DNA of 47,841 bases from Candidatus Woesearchaeota archaeon (GCA_016185725.1 JACPNA010000057.1:1-47841); one strand, 5' to 3'. Positions 10,067 to 20,651 are shown, counted from the first letter of the stretch. The notes: a model not told the origin generated them from the sequence alone. A program made the numbers and translations.

Positions 10067-10990
10067 ATGGTAGCCAAATTATCCAATTTTAAAAAGATAA
10101 CTAACCTTAACCAGCTAAAAATTCTTGCCAACGAAATTCGTCAAGATATCATTCTTTCATTAGCCGAAGCCAAGTCTGGTCACTCTGCCGGACCATTGGG
10201 CATGGCTGACATTTTCACCGCTTTATATTTTAACGTATTAAAACACAATCCCAAAAATCCCCAATGGAAAGAGAGGGATTACCTTATCCTATCTAACGGC
10301 CACATTTGTCCAGTACTTTACGCTACTATCTCTAAAGCTGGTTATTTTCCTAGAAAAGAATTGTTCACCTTGCGAAAATTAAATACCCGATTGCAGGGTC
10401 ATCCCCATCGCGAATCTCTACCCGGCTTAGAAACCACTTCCGGCCCTCTTGGTTCCGGCTTATCCCAGGCTGCCGGCATGGCGTACGCCTTAAAATTAGA
10501 CAAAAAACCCAACAAAGTTTTTTGTATAACCAGCGATGGTGAACATGATGAAGGTAACACTTGGGAAGCGGTCTTGTTCGCCGCCAAATATAAATTAGAT
10601 AACTTGATTGTTATCATGGACAGAAATTATATTCAGATTGACGGTAACACTGAGACCATTATGCCTCTCAATCCCTTAGATAAAAAATATCACACATTCA
10701 ACTGGAACACTAAAGTCATTCCCGGTAATGATATGTCCAAAATCGTTGCTGCTCTAAACCAAGCTAAAAATAACCACTCCAAACCCTTAATGATCATTGC
10801 TAACACCACCCCTGGCAAAGGCGTTTCTTTCATGGAAAATGATTACACCTGGCATGGCAAACCGCCCACTAAAGATCAAGCGGAAATAGCTCTTGCCGAA
10901 TTATGCCAAACAGAAAGTAGGCTAAAAAATAAAACCTGTAGCCATTGCCGTTATCAACACGAACAATGCGTCTGCATTGACCCTCAATAA
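10067..10990 (+). CDS. Transketolase, N-terminal (TPP-binding) subunit
   Basis: SGH, LSNGH, LQGHP, SGPLGSG, SDGEHDEGNTWEA, DRNYIQIDG, WHGK. Confidence 0.95.
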   Translation: MVAKLSNFKKITNLNQLKILANEIRQDIILSLAEAKSGHSAGPLGMADIFTALYFNVLKHNPKNPQWKERDYLILSNGHICPVLYATISKAGYFPRKELFTLRKLNTRLQGHPHRESLPGLETTSGPLGSGLSQAAGMAYALKLDKKPNKVFCITSDGEHDEGNTWEAVLFAAKYKLDNLIVIMDRNYIQIDGNTETIMPLNPLDKKYHTFNWNTKVIPGNDMSKIVAALNQAKNNHSKPLMIIANTTPGKGVSFMENDYTWHGKPPTKDQAEIALAELCQTESRLKNKTCSHCRYQHEQCVCIDPQ

Positions 10991-10991
10991 A

Positions 10992-11984
10992 ATGTCAATA
11001 AATTTAACCCAGCTTAAAGGATTGAACAAGAATTTACACTTACATTTTCCTGACGAAAAAATTCCCACCCGTAACGGTTATGGTGAATCTATTGTCGAGT
11101 TAGGAAAAAACAACAAAAACATCATGGTGCTTTGCGCGGATTTGACTGAATCAACACGTGTAGAACAATTCCAGAAAAAATTTCCTGAGCGTTTCATTGA
11201 GATTGGCGTTGCCGAACAAAACCTCGTAACCGTCGCTTCTGGTCTTGCGCATATGGGAAAAATACCCTTCGCTTCCTCCTATGCATGCTTCTGCCCTGGT
11301 CGTTGTTGGGAACAGATTCGCACCACCATTTGTTACAACAATAATAACGTCAAAATTATTGGCGCTCATGCTGGCATTTCCGTTGGTCCTGACGGTGCTA
11401 CGCATCAGATGTTGGAAGATATTGCCTTAATGCGTTCCTTACCCAACATGATCGTTATTGTACCTGCAGATTACGAACAGACAAAAAAAGCTACTCAGGC
11501 AATCGCAAAATACATTGGCCCTTCTTATTTACGCTTCGCTCGCGAAAAAACATCACAATTAACTTCCGCTAAAACACCCTTCCAAATTGGTAAAGCCCAA
11601 ATTTTGAAAGACGGCCGTGATCTTGCCTTAATCGCCGCCGGTCCGGTATTACACGAAACATTACAAGCCGCTTTACTATTGCAACAACATAATATCAATG
11701 CTATGGTGATAAATTGTCATACCATAAAACCATTAGACAAAGAAACAGTATTACACGCCGCTAAAAAATGTAAATTTATTGTAACCATCGAAGAAGCGCA
11801 GATTATTGGCGGTCTTGGCGGCGCAATAACTGAATATTTATCCGAAGCCTATCCTGCCAAAATAAAACGTATTGGTGTTAATGACCATTACGGTGAATCT
11901 GGCAGTCCCGAAGAATTAATGCACAAATTTGGGTTTAGTTCGCAGCATATTTACCAAGAAGCTAAAAAATTACTTAGGAGGTGA
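10992..11984 (+). CDS. Transketolase, C-terminal subunit
   Basis: ADLTEST, GVAEQN, DGATHQ, TIKPLD, GGLG. Confidence 0.95.
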   Translation: MSINLTQLKGLNKNLHLHFPDEKIPTRNGYGESIVELGKNNKNIMVLCADLTESTRVEQFQKKFPERFIEIGVAEQNLVTVASGLAHMGKIPFASSYACFCPGRCWEQIRTTICYNNNNVKIIGAHAGISVGPDGATHQMLEDIALMRSLPNMIVIVPADYEQTKKATQAIAKYIGPSYLRFAREKTSQLTSAKTPFQIGKAQILKDGRDLALIAAGPVLHETLQAALLLQQHNINAMVINCHTIKPLDKETVLHAAKKCKFIVTIEEAQIIGGLGGAITEYLSEAYPAKIKRIGVNDHYGESGSPEELMHKFGFSSQHIYQEAKKLLRR

Positions 11985-11989
11985 ATTCC

Positions 11990-12079
11990 ATGCGTGAGTG
12001 CTCTAGCTGTGGCGAAGGAATGCGTAAAAACGAAATGTGTTCCTCTTGCTCTAAATGCAAGATTTGCTGTGATTGTTAA
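11990..12079 (+). CDS. Cys-rich microprotein MRECSSCGEGMRKNEMCSSCSKCKICCDC (29 aa)
   Basis: AGGAGGTGA SD at 11976-11984; fills the gap between transketolase and trxB; TAATG stop/start overlap with trxB. Confidence 0.75.
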   Translation: MRECSSCGEGMRKNEMCSSCSKCKICCDC

Positions 12080-13008
12080 TGAAACCAACAAAAAAGTCTA
12101 ATTTATACGATACAATAATTATTGGTTCAGGTCTTGCTGGTTGTACTGCTGCCATTTATGCCGCTCGTAAACGCATGAATTTTTTATTGTTAACTGACAC
12201 GTTTGGCGGTCAATTCTTAGAATCGGGTAACATCTATAACTATCCCGGCATCAACAAAATATCTGGTTTTGATTTTTCTGCCTTAATGGAAAAACAATTA
12301 GAATATAATACTATCAAACCATTGATCGGTGTACCTGTAACTAAATTACAGAAACACGGTAAGAATTTTCAAGTCATTACAGACAAAAAAAAATTTACCG
12401 CACGTTCCCTAATCATTACTACTGGCGCTCGTGCCCGGGAATTAACCATTCCTGGCGAACAAAAATATAAAAATAAAGGTTTGACCTATTGTGCAATTTG
12501 TGATGGACCTTTATTCAAAAATAAAGATGTAACTGTTATTGGCGGTGGCAATTCTGCCTTAGAAGCCGCAGATTTTTTATTGAACATAGCCAAAAGTATC
12601 ACTATCCTAAATTTAAACCCTGTCTTTAATGCCCATGAATATTTACTAGAACAAATATCCGGTCATAAAAAAGTCAAAATAATCAATAATGCCAAAACTT
12701 TAGAGATTTTAGGTAACACTTTCGTATCTGGGATAAAATATAAACAAAAAAATCAAGTTAAAATTCTTAAAACTCAAGGCATTTTTGTTGAAATCGGCAG
12801 AATACCTAACACTAATTTCTTAAAAGGTTTCTTAAAATTAGACCAACATCAACATATCATCATTGATCAAACCACCCAAACTTCTGTTCCTGGCGTATTT
12901 GCTGCCGGTGATTGTTCATCAGTTCATGAATATCAATATATTATCGCTGCCGGTCAAGGTTGTACGGCCTTAATCAAAGCCGCTCGCTATCTTGCTCAAA
13001 AGAAGTAA
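12079..13008 (+). CDS. trxB: Thioredoxin reductase
   Basis: IIGSGLAG, YCAICDG, GGGNSALE, TSVPGVFAAGD. Confidence 0.93.
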   Translation: MKPTKKSNLYDTIIIGSGLAGCTAAIYAARKRMNFLLLTDTFGGQFLESGNIYNYPGINKISGFDFSALMEKQLEYNTIKPLIGVPVTKLQKHGKNFQVITDKKKFTARSLIITTGARARELTIPGEQKYKNKGLTYCAICDGPLFKNKDVTVIGGGNSALEAADFLLNIAKSITILNLNPVFNAHEYLLEQISGHKKVKIINNAKTLEILGNTFVSGIKYKQKNQVKILKTQGIFVEIGRIPNTNFLKGFLKLDQHQHIIIDQTTQTSVPGVFAAGDCSSVHEYQYIIAAGQGCTALIKAARYLAQKK

Positions 13009-13041
13009 ACCTTTATTAATCATAAAATAATCTCTCCTCAA

Positions 13042-15549
13042 ATGCCTAAAGAAGTCAAGACAACCTTAAATTTTAACGTCATCCCTTCACATTACTTGCT
13101 GCATTTCCATCCTAATCTGAAAACTTTTAAGTTCTCAGCTCAAACTGAGATTACTGTTCAGGTAAAAAAACTAACTAAAATAATAACACTACATTCTAAA
13201 GAATTAAAAATAACTACTGTTTTAATTCAACAAAATAATTCTGTACAGAAAGCTAAAATTAAGTTAGATGTCAAAAAAGAAGAATTAGCGTTAACCTTTT
13301 CTAAATCAATAAAAGGTCATGCTAAATTATTATTTACCTACACCGGCAAGCATAACAATGGCATGTATGGTTTTTATCGCAGTCAGTATACAGTTAAAGG
13401 CAAGAAATCCTACTTGTTAACTACTCAATTCGAATCCGCATCCGCTCGTGCTGCGTTCCCCTGCTTTGACGAACCGGTCTTTAAAGCCACATTTGATGTC
13501 CTTATAACTACAGAAAAAAATCTCTTTACCATTTCTAACATGCCCATAAAAAAAGAATTAGATATTAAAACAAAGAAACAAGTAATCTTTCAAACCTCTC
13601 CAAAAATGTCCACTTATTTGTTATATCTTGGCATCGGCAATTTCTCTTATATATCTGCCCAAACTAAACATACCCTGATTCGTGTCATTACTACCCATGA
13701 TCAAATAAAATATGCTCATTTAGCCTTGGCTTATACCAAAAAATTCCTTGATTTCTTTGAAAAATATTTTCAGATACCTTATCCTTTGCCCAAATTAGAC
13801 CTGATTGCTATTCCTGACTTCGCTTCTGGCGCCATGGAAAACTGGGGCGCTATAACTTTTAGAGAAATTGCTTTATTGGGCGACGAACACACTTCCGTAG
13901 TTGTCAAACAAAATATCGCTATCACCATCTCACATGAACTTGTACATCAATGGTTTGGTAACTTGGTAACTATGCAATGGTGGGATGATCTCTGGTTGAA
14001 TGAAAGTTTTGCGACCTATATGAGCTATAAAGCCGTCGATCATTATTACCCGGAGTGGGAATTGCCGTTGCAATATTATGAAGACACTATCAATAACGCA
14101 TTGAACGCTGACCAATTATGTTCTACTCATCCTATTAACGTTGACGTTAAAACTCCTGGTGAAGTTGCGGAAATATTTGACCATATCTCTTATGATAAAG
14201 GTGGCAGCGTCTTGCACATGCTTGAACATTTCGTTTCCGAAAAAGTTTTTCGTGCAGGTTTGTACAAATATCTCAAAAAATATTCTTACCAGAACGCTAC
14301 CAAGTACGACCTTTGGAATTCTATCCAGCAAGTATACAAAAAAAATAATTTATCTAAGATCATGCAAACATGGATTAATCAGCCCGGTTATCCTCTTATC
14401 ACTGTTAAACAATTAGCTGATTCTTATCAACTAACCCAGCAGACGTTCAGTTTAATTCCTTCCGAATCAAACGAGAAATGGTTGATACCCATAAATTATC
14501 AAAATAATGTAACTCCCTCCACTTTCTTAATGCAGGAACGCAAACATCTGTTAAAAGACAAATCTCCTTGGCTTAAATTAAACACTGACCAGCACGGTTT
14601 TTATCGCGTAAAGTACGATACGGATATGCTGCCTGCTCTTGGCGGATTATTGAAAGAAAAAAAATTATCCTTATTAGACTCTGCCGGGTTAGAGAGCGAT
14701 TTATTTTCCCTAACCTTAGCCGGCGAATATTCCTTAGAACATTATTTGCAATTTCTTGAACGCTATTGTTTAGATTCTAGCTATCCTTTAAACTTTGGTG
14801 TTTCATCTCACCTTGGCTATTTATTCCGCTTAACATACCATAAAGATATTTTTATCCGCATCAAAAATGTATCCATAAAATTTCATGCCCAACAATTAGA
14901 AAAAATTGGCTGGCATCATACTGCTAACGAAAGTAATACTAATACTATGCTTCGTTCTTTAGCTATTGCTAATCTTGGGTTAGCCAATCATAATCCTACC
15001 TTAACTAAAATTAATCAATTATTTTCTCAACTAAAAGATAAACAACCTTTAGATGCAAACATTCGCGGCGTTGTTTATAATTTAATCGCTTGGCAAGGTT
15101 CTCCGGAAATATATGATTATTTATTAGACAGGTATAAGAAAGAAACATTACCGGAAGAAAATCGTAAATTGCTTCGTGCCTTAGGCATGTTTCATAATAA
15201 AGAATTACTTAAAAAATCGTTGCATCTCTCCCAATCTTCTACCGTACGCTTGCAAGATTCCTTCGTTATTCCCCTTAGTGTATCTATGAACCCCAACTCT
15301 GGCAGCTTAATCTGGCACTGGACTAAAGACCACTGGTCCGGTTTATTGAAGAAACACGACCACGGCACACATATGTTGTCCAACATGGTTCATAACCTAT
15401 CTATAATATCTGATCTACCTACTAGAAAAGAAATTGAGATATTTTTCAAGAACAAAAAAAACTACCGTGACGACATCAAGATGGTCATCAAGCAGACACT
15501 TGAACAGATTGACATAAATATTAACTTCTTGAGAAGGAATGGATTGTGA
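13042..15549 (+). CDS. M1 family zinc aminopeptidase
   Basis: TQFE, FPCFDEP, GAMENWG, HELVHQWFGNLVT...WLNE, YDKG. Confidence 0.96.
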   Translation: MPKEVKTTLNFNVIPSHYLLHFHPNLKTFKFSAQTEITVQVKKLTKIITLHSKELKITTVLIQQNNSVQKAKIKLDVKKEELALTFSKSIKGHAKLLFTYTGKHNNGMYGFYRSQYTVKGKKSYLLTTQFESASARAAFPCFDEPVFKATFDVLITTEKNLFTISNMPIKKELDIKTKKQVIFQTSPKMSTYLLYLGIGNFSYISAQTKHTLIRVITTHDQIKYAHLALAYTKKFLDFFEKYFQIPYPLPKLDLIAIPDFASGAMENWGAITFREIALLGDEHTSVVVKQNIAITISHELVHQWFGNLVTMQWWDDLWLNESFATYMSYKAVDHYYPEWELPLQYYEDTINNALNADQLCSTHPINVDVKTPGEVAEIFDHISYDKGGSVLHMLEHFVSEKVFRAGLYKYLKKYSYQNATKYDLWNSIQQVYKKNNLSKIMQTWINQPGYPLITVKQLADSYQLTQQTFSLIPSESNEKWLIPINYQNNVTPSTFLMQERKHLLKDKSPWLKLNTDQHGFYRVKYDTDMLPALGGLLKEKKLSLLDSAGLESDLFSLTLAGEYSLEHYLQFLERYCLDSSYPLNFGVSSHLGYLFRLTYHKDIFIRIKNVSIKFHAQQLEKIGWHHTANESNTNTMLRSLAIANLGLANHNPTLTKINQLFSQLKDKQPLDANIRGVVYNLIAWQGSPEIYDYLLDRYKKETLPEENRKLLRALGMFHNKELLKKSLHLSQSSTVRLQDSFVIPLSVSMNPNSGSLIWHWTKDHWSGLLKKHDHGTHMLSNMVHNLSIISDLPTRKEIEIFFKNKKNYRDDIKMVIKQTLEQIDININFLRRNGL

Positions 15550-15600
15550 GAAAATTCTAATATTTCACCAGTTTTTCATAATCCTTATGATCAAACCATT

Positions 15601-15765
15601 TTAATATTGCTGACATTAATCCCTCCTTAATTTAAAAAATATTCTACTGATTATAAAACAAAAGCGGCGTGTAAACGATATATTGAACGAATTACAGAGG
15701 GAATTATTGATTTGGTTTTTCTTATGTTTAGAACACGAAAATTTAAAATTACAGAAGATGAAAAA
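15601..15765 (+). pseudogene. Fragment of a HepT/DUF86-like (HEPN) RNase
   Basis: Frame LIPP*FKKYSTDYKTKAACKRYIERITEGIIDLVFLMFRTRKFKITEDEK resembles a DUF86 N-terminal half; internal stop, no start codon, no Rx4H motif. Confidence 0.55.
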
Positions 15766-15832
15766 GTAGTTACACCCGAAAACTATCTTGAACAACCAGA
15801 AAAAATAAAACATAAAAAACAATTAAACCAAC

Positions 15833-16474
15833 CTACCTCAAAATCCCCGCCGGCACATCGCACAACGAACTAAACACAAAATCCGCCTGTAATTTCTTTC
15901 GTAAATCATTATAACTAAACCTCTTCTTAATCAACACTGATTTAACCTTAACCGTTTTACTAGAAAGAACATCACTATCACTATTCCCAACATACACAAC
16001 TTCCCTAGATTTCAAATGATGCTTCCTCAGCACATGCCTAAAATTTTCTACTTTGGATTTAGGTCCTCCCAGCACCTCATCAAAATACTTCACCAACCCG
16101 CAATGCTTCAATAACGTAACCACCTCCCTTTTATTTTCCAACGATAACAAAAACGTAAACTTAACCTGTTTCCGTAACTCTTTAACCATATTCGTACATT
16201 GAAATAGCGGACACGTTCGCAGACTATTCTCGTAGCGTCTGCCAAACTCTCTACTAATCCTCTCCACTTCCCTCACCGTCGGTTTCCTCTTTACAAACGT
16301 ATCAAAAAAATACCGAATCTTCTCTTCCCTACTTCTCGCTTTACCCTCCTTATAATACACCATAACCCCATAGTTCTCCTTAAATATATCTTGATAAAGC
16401 CTCTCTTTTAGCGCATCAGAAACAACCAACGTTCCATCAAAATCAAACCCCGCCGCCTTTACCTTAACATTCAT
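15833..16474 (-). CDS. HAD-family hydrolase
   Basis: GFDFDGTL motif I; YVGNSDSD motif IV (GN instead of GD). Confidence 0.85.
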   Translation of the reverse strand: MNVKVKAAGFDFDGTLVVSDALKERLYQDIFKENYGVMVYYKEGKARSREEKIRYFFDTFVKRKPTVREVERISREFGRRYENSLRTCPLFQCTNMVKELRKQVKFTFLLSLENKREVVTLLKHCGLVKYFDEVLGGPKSKVENFRHVLRKHHLKSREVVYVGNSDSDVLSSKTVKVKSVLIKKRFSYNDLRKKLQADFVFSSLCDVPAGILR

Positions 16475-16520
16475 CTATTGTCAGAATACTTCTGCCTGTT
16501 AAAAACCTTGCGAAAAAAAA

Positions 16521-17114
16521 TCAAATCAACAACTCCTCTCGTGCAAACCGTAACTTCGGTTTCGGCATATCCGCCGCATAACCGATCGGACAAACCAACG
16601 TCGGCACTAAATTCTGAGGCAATCCTAAAATCTTACTATAAGCATCTGCATTAAATCCCTCCATAGGACAAGAATCAAACCCTAAACTTTTCGCCCCATT
16701 GAGAGCATTACTTAACGCAATATACACCTGTCGTGTAGCCCACTCTAATTTTTCTTTTTCATTTAATCTCTTGACAAAATCACGCATAATCTTAACATAC
16801 CCCTGTATATCCTCTTTCTTCGCTCCATTTTTCAACATCAATTCTTCTAACTTATCAACATTGACATTAGTATCTGCACACAATACCAATAAATGCGAAC
16901 AGCTCTCAATCTGTGGCTGATCCCATGATACCGGCGTTAATTTTTTCTTCACCTCTTGATCAATAACCACCTTAATCTTCCACGGCTGTAAATTAAATGA
17001 AGAAGCCGACAATCTTATCAATTCCAACAATTCCCCTACTTTCTGTTCAGGAATTCTTTTGCCGTCAAATTTCTTTGTTGCATATCTTTTTTCTACGATT
17101 TCTTTAAAATTCAT
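16521..17114 (-). CDS. Nitroreductase family NAD(P)H oxidoreductase
   Basis: RYATKKFD, SSFNLQPW, DSCPMEGF. Confidence 0.95.
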   Translation of the reverse strand: MNFKEIVEKRYATKKFDGKRIPEQKVGELLELIRLSASSFNLQPWKIKVVIDQEVKKKLTPVSWDQPQIESCSHLLVLCADTNVNVDKLEELMLKNGAKKEDIQGYVKIMRDFVKRLNEKEKLEWATRQVYIALSNALNGAKSLGFDSCPMEGFNADAYSKILGLPQNLVPTLVCPIGYAADMPKPKLRFAREELLI

Positions 17115-17217
17115 CTTAATATCCTCCTAATAAAAAATAGAAGAACTAATTTATATAATACTTATGATATTAACCTACTGAAGTAAAAAAACAAAAACAA
17201 TAAAAAAACAAAAAAAA

Positions 17218-17379
17218 TTATTTCTTAGCACCAAGAATTTTAAACATTGTTGTACTACACTTAGGACAACTTCCTTTCATTGCTCTTCTCATTGTGCCAC
17301 CTTTACCTTTCATCGCAACTTCTTTGCCATTAGACATTTCTCTTTTTGCCTTACACTTCACACAATATCCTTCTACCAT
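17218..17379 (-). CDS. Small basic CxxC...CxxC protein (DUF5679-like), 53 aa
   Basis: MVEGYCVKCKAKREMSNGKEVAMKGKGGTMRRAMKGSCPKCSTTMFKILGAKK; GAGGTG SD; T-rich tract downstream; below the ORF-track size cutoff. Confidence 0.85.
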   Translation of the reverse strand: MVEGYCVKCKAKREMSNGKEVAMKGKGGTMRRAMKGSCPKCSTTMFKILGAKK

Positions 17380-17623
17380 TCTTAAACACCTCATTATTTA
17401 CTTTTTAAACATTAATTCTTACTTATTTTAAGCAAGATTTACTATTCAACGTATCCTCTTCTTAAAAACCTTTCGTAAAATTACCCTCAAAATCAATCAA
17501 ATAACCCTTAAAGAGTAGTACCCCCAAAAATTGATATCCTCTCTTACCATAACTTTATCTGTCCCCCCCCTCTTAAAGCATATGGCCTCTTCATTATGTT
17601 AAAATCAATTTTCTTTGGATAAA

Positions 17624-18226
17624 TCACGGCCAAATAATTTCTACGCTTAATTCTGTCAATCTCATTTTAAAAAAATCAACTTCTTCCGAATTAAATTGAT
17701 CCGGCACAATCCACTTCTTATCTTGTTTAGGCGGCGCAAATGGAGTTTCATGAAACCTTGGAAAATAAGGAGCCTCTCCCCATCCCCAATGCAATATTTT
17801 ATCCTCTTCCGTTGCACTAGGTTCTAATGGTGATCTCCCATACATATGTACATGCACAATTTTACATCGTGCATCTTTCGGAATACCCGCAGGATATTCT
17901 CTAGAATGATTTCTATCCGTATGAAACTGCCAATTTCCTGCTTCAAAATAATTAATTACTCCGTGTATACCATCCGGCAATTTTTGGTCAATTAACTCTA
18001 ACATCGCCTTTTCTGCGACGGCACATAAAGCATTAAACCCATAAAATTTTTTGGAATCAAACCAAAACAATTCATTCATATGATGCACTTTTTCATATGG
18101 ACTAATCATCAAATGTCCGCCATACTCTCTATCTTTGTGCGGTATAGAAGGCACAACTATTTTTCCATACTCTTTATGTACATACAGTTCAATATTTTTT
18201 CTATCTTTAATATCATCAACTTGCAT
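17624..18226 (-). CDS. HIT-like hypothetical protein
   Basis: GGHLMISP and HVHMYGR resemble HIT-fold motifs; starts 1 nt after the valS stop. Confidence 0.55.
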   Translation of the reverse strand: MQVDDIKDRKNIELYVHKEYGKIVVPSIPHKDREYGGHLMISPYEKVHHMNELFWFDSKKFYGFNALCAVAEKAMLELIDQKLPDGIHGVINYFEAGNWQFHTDRNHSREYPAGIPKDARCKIVHVHMYGRSPLEPSATEEDKILHWGWGEAPYFPRFHETPFAPPKQDKKWIVPDQFNSEEVDFFKMRLTELSVEIIWP

Positions 18227-18227
18227 T

Positions 18228-20651
18228 TTATCTCACAATCCCTATCTTAAGCTTAAACTCCATAGTTTCCCTATCCGTCTTCCCAGAATACGCAATCCTG
18301 CGGACATTCAACACCGCTCTAAGATCATCTTCAATCAACTTCAACTTATTCTCTACCTCCCCTAAAATCACCAGCTCTTTAATCTCCTCCTTCATTGACA
18401 ATTGATTTTCTGATTTAAATTTTCGCACAGAATTAATAATATCTATCCCCCTATCTCCAATCTCTTCTGCTGAAGAATCAATCCATTTCTCATCATATTC
18501 CGGCCATGTAGAAATATGTATGCTCTTCTCCTTCTCTCTATCCCCAAAATAAATCTGATAAACTTCTTCCGTGATATACGGCATGATTGGCGCCATTAAT
18601 TTTAACACTCCTAAGATACTCTCATACAATGCTTTCTGTGCGCTTTTCCGCTCCTTAACACCGCGATTATCAGGGTTATACAATCTATCCTTGACAATTT
18701 CTAGATAATTATCACATAACACATGCCAGAAGAACACCTCCACTTCCTGTTTAGTTCGTGAATATTCATATTTATCTAACGACGATGTACTATTCATGAT
18801 TACTTTATGCAATTTGCTTAAAATCCATTTATCAAACACTTCTGAAACTTTGCCTTTATTATCATAATCTTCTAAATGCGTAATGGCAAATTTCGACGCA
18901 TTAAACAATTTCACCGTAAATTTTTGTCCGGTCAATAAATCTTTCTCCATAAATGGCAGATCATCGCCTAATTTCGAACCTGCCGCCCAGAATCGTAACG
19001 CATCAGCAGAATATTTGTGGATCATTTCCATCGGTTCGACGATATTACCTAACGATTTTGACATTTTCCTGCCCTGCGGATCTTGTGCATGACCAGAGAT
19101 CATCACCTTTTCCCAAGGAATTCTTTTATGATGCAATAGACTCTTCACAATCGTATAAAACAACCACGTTCTGATAATATCATGCGCTTGCGGTCGTAAC
19201 GAAAATGGTTTGTCATCATATTTAAAATCATATTCTCCTTTATGCACCCAATTACTCGCAATTTCCGGAGTAACTGAAGAAGTTGCCCAGGTATCTAACA
19301 CATCAATTTCCCCCCTAAATTCTTTTGCTCCGCATTTGCATTTCTTCTTTGGTAAATCCACAGTAGGATCAATTGGCAATTCTTTTAATTCCGGCACCAT
19401 ATATTCTCCGCATCCAGAACATTTCCATACTGGTATAGGAATGCCAAAATGCCTTTGTCGAGAAATGCACCAATCCCAGCTAAGATTTTGTACCCAATGA
19501 TCGTAACGTACTTTCATATGCTCAGGATACCACCTTATCTGCGCTCCGGCATCTAACAATTCCTGTTTCTTATCCAATAATTTGATATACCATTGCTTAG
19601 TTTTCAAAAATTCAATTTCCGTCTTACATCGTTCATGCGCATTAACCGCATGTGTGATCTCCTTTTGTCCTTTTAGCAGCCCATCATGCCGTAACTTATC
19701 AATAATCGTCTTACGCGCATCTTTAATTTTTAATCCTTTGAACTCTCCTGCTAACTCATTCATCTTACCATACGGTTCAAAAACAATTCGTAAGTCTAAT
19801 TTATATCTGAACCATTTATCAACATCCTCCTTATCTCCAAACGTACACACCATCATTAATCCCGTACCCTTATCTAAAGCAACATTTTCATCAGCAAGTA
19901 TAGGAACTTCATAATCAAAAATTGGCACTTTTGCTTTCTTACCTCGCAACCCTTTATACCTCTTATCATCTGGATGATAAAATAATGCTACACATGCCGG
20001 CAGCATTTCCGGTCGAGTAGTGGAAATAATTAACTCCTTTTCCCCGCACTTAAATGCTATATCATTAAATGTAGAATTCAAATCAACCGACTCAAATTCT
20101 GCCTGGGCAATTGCTGTTTGACATGACATACACCAAGTCACCGGTGATTCTTGCTGGTAAATTCTTCCTTTATTGAATAAATCAATAAACGATGCCTGTG
20201 ATGTAATCTGACAATGTTCATTTATTGTAGAATATGATCGTTTAAAATCTGCCGACATCCCTATATTTTTCCAGCTTTGAATAAATACTAGTTTCTCCTC
20301 TTTAATAACCGAATTACAAATCATCGCAAACTCTTCTCTTTTTAACTTGGTAGACAGAATATTTTTCTTCTTTTCCACTAACTTTTCCGTAGGCAACCCA
20401 TTATCATCTGTTCCGAACGGAAAAAAAACATTTAACCCTTTCATTCTTTGATACCTGGCAATAATATCTTGTTGAGAATAGCTAAACGCATGCCCAATAT
20501 GCATCTTACCCGAAACAGTAGGCGGTGGTGTATCTATACTATACGTTTTCTTCTTCGTGCTCGGCTTAAACACAAAGACATCTTCCTCCTCCCAAAACCT
20601 CTGCCACTTCTTTTCCGCCAGTTTTGGATCATAATTCTTGGGCAATTCCAT
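18228..20651 (-). CDS. valS: Valine--tRNA ligase
   Basis: DTPPPTVSG, HIGH, TTRPE, GTG..M.CTFGD, DWCISRQR, KMSKS. Confidence 0.97.
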   Translation of the reverse strand: MELPKNYDPKLAEKKWQRFWEEEDVFVFKPSTKKKTYSIDTPPPTVSGKMHIGHAFSYSQQDIIARYQRMKGLNVFFPFGTDDNGLPTEKLVEKKKNILSTKLKREEFAMICNSVIKEEKLVFIQSWKNIGMSADFKRSYSTINEHCQITSQASFIDLFNKGRIYQQESPVTWCMSCQTAIAQAEFESVDLNSTFNDIAFKCGEKELIISTTRPEMLPACVALFYHPDDKRYKGLRGKKAKVPIFDYEVPILADENVALDKGTGLMMVCTFGDKEDVDKWFRYKLDLRIVFEPYGKMNELAGEFKGLKIKDARKTIIDKLRHDGLLKGQKEITHAVNAHERCKTEIEFLKTKQWYIKLLDKKQELLDAGAQIRWYPEHMKVRYDHWVQNLSWDWCISRQRHFGIPIPVWKCSGCGEYMVPELKELPIDPTVDLPKKKCKCGAKEFRGEIDVLDTWATSSVTPEIASNWVHKGEYDFKYDDKPFSLRPQAHDIIRTWLFYTIVKSLLHHKRIPWEKVMISGHAQDPQGRKMSKSLGNIVEPMEMIHKYSADALRFWAAGSKLGDDLPFMEKDLLTGQKFTVKLFNASKFAITHLEDYDNKGKVSEVFDKWILSKLHKVIMNSTSSLDKYEYSRTKQEVEVFFWHVLCDNYLEIVKDRLYNPDNRGVKERKSAQKALYESILGVLKLMAPIMPYITEEVYQIYFGDREKEKSIHISTWPEYDEKWIDSSAEEIGDRGIDIINSVRKFKSENQLSMKEEIKELVILGEVENKLKLIEDDLRAVLNVRRIAYSGKTDRETMEFKLKIGIVR

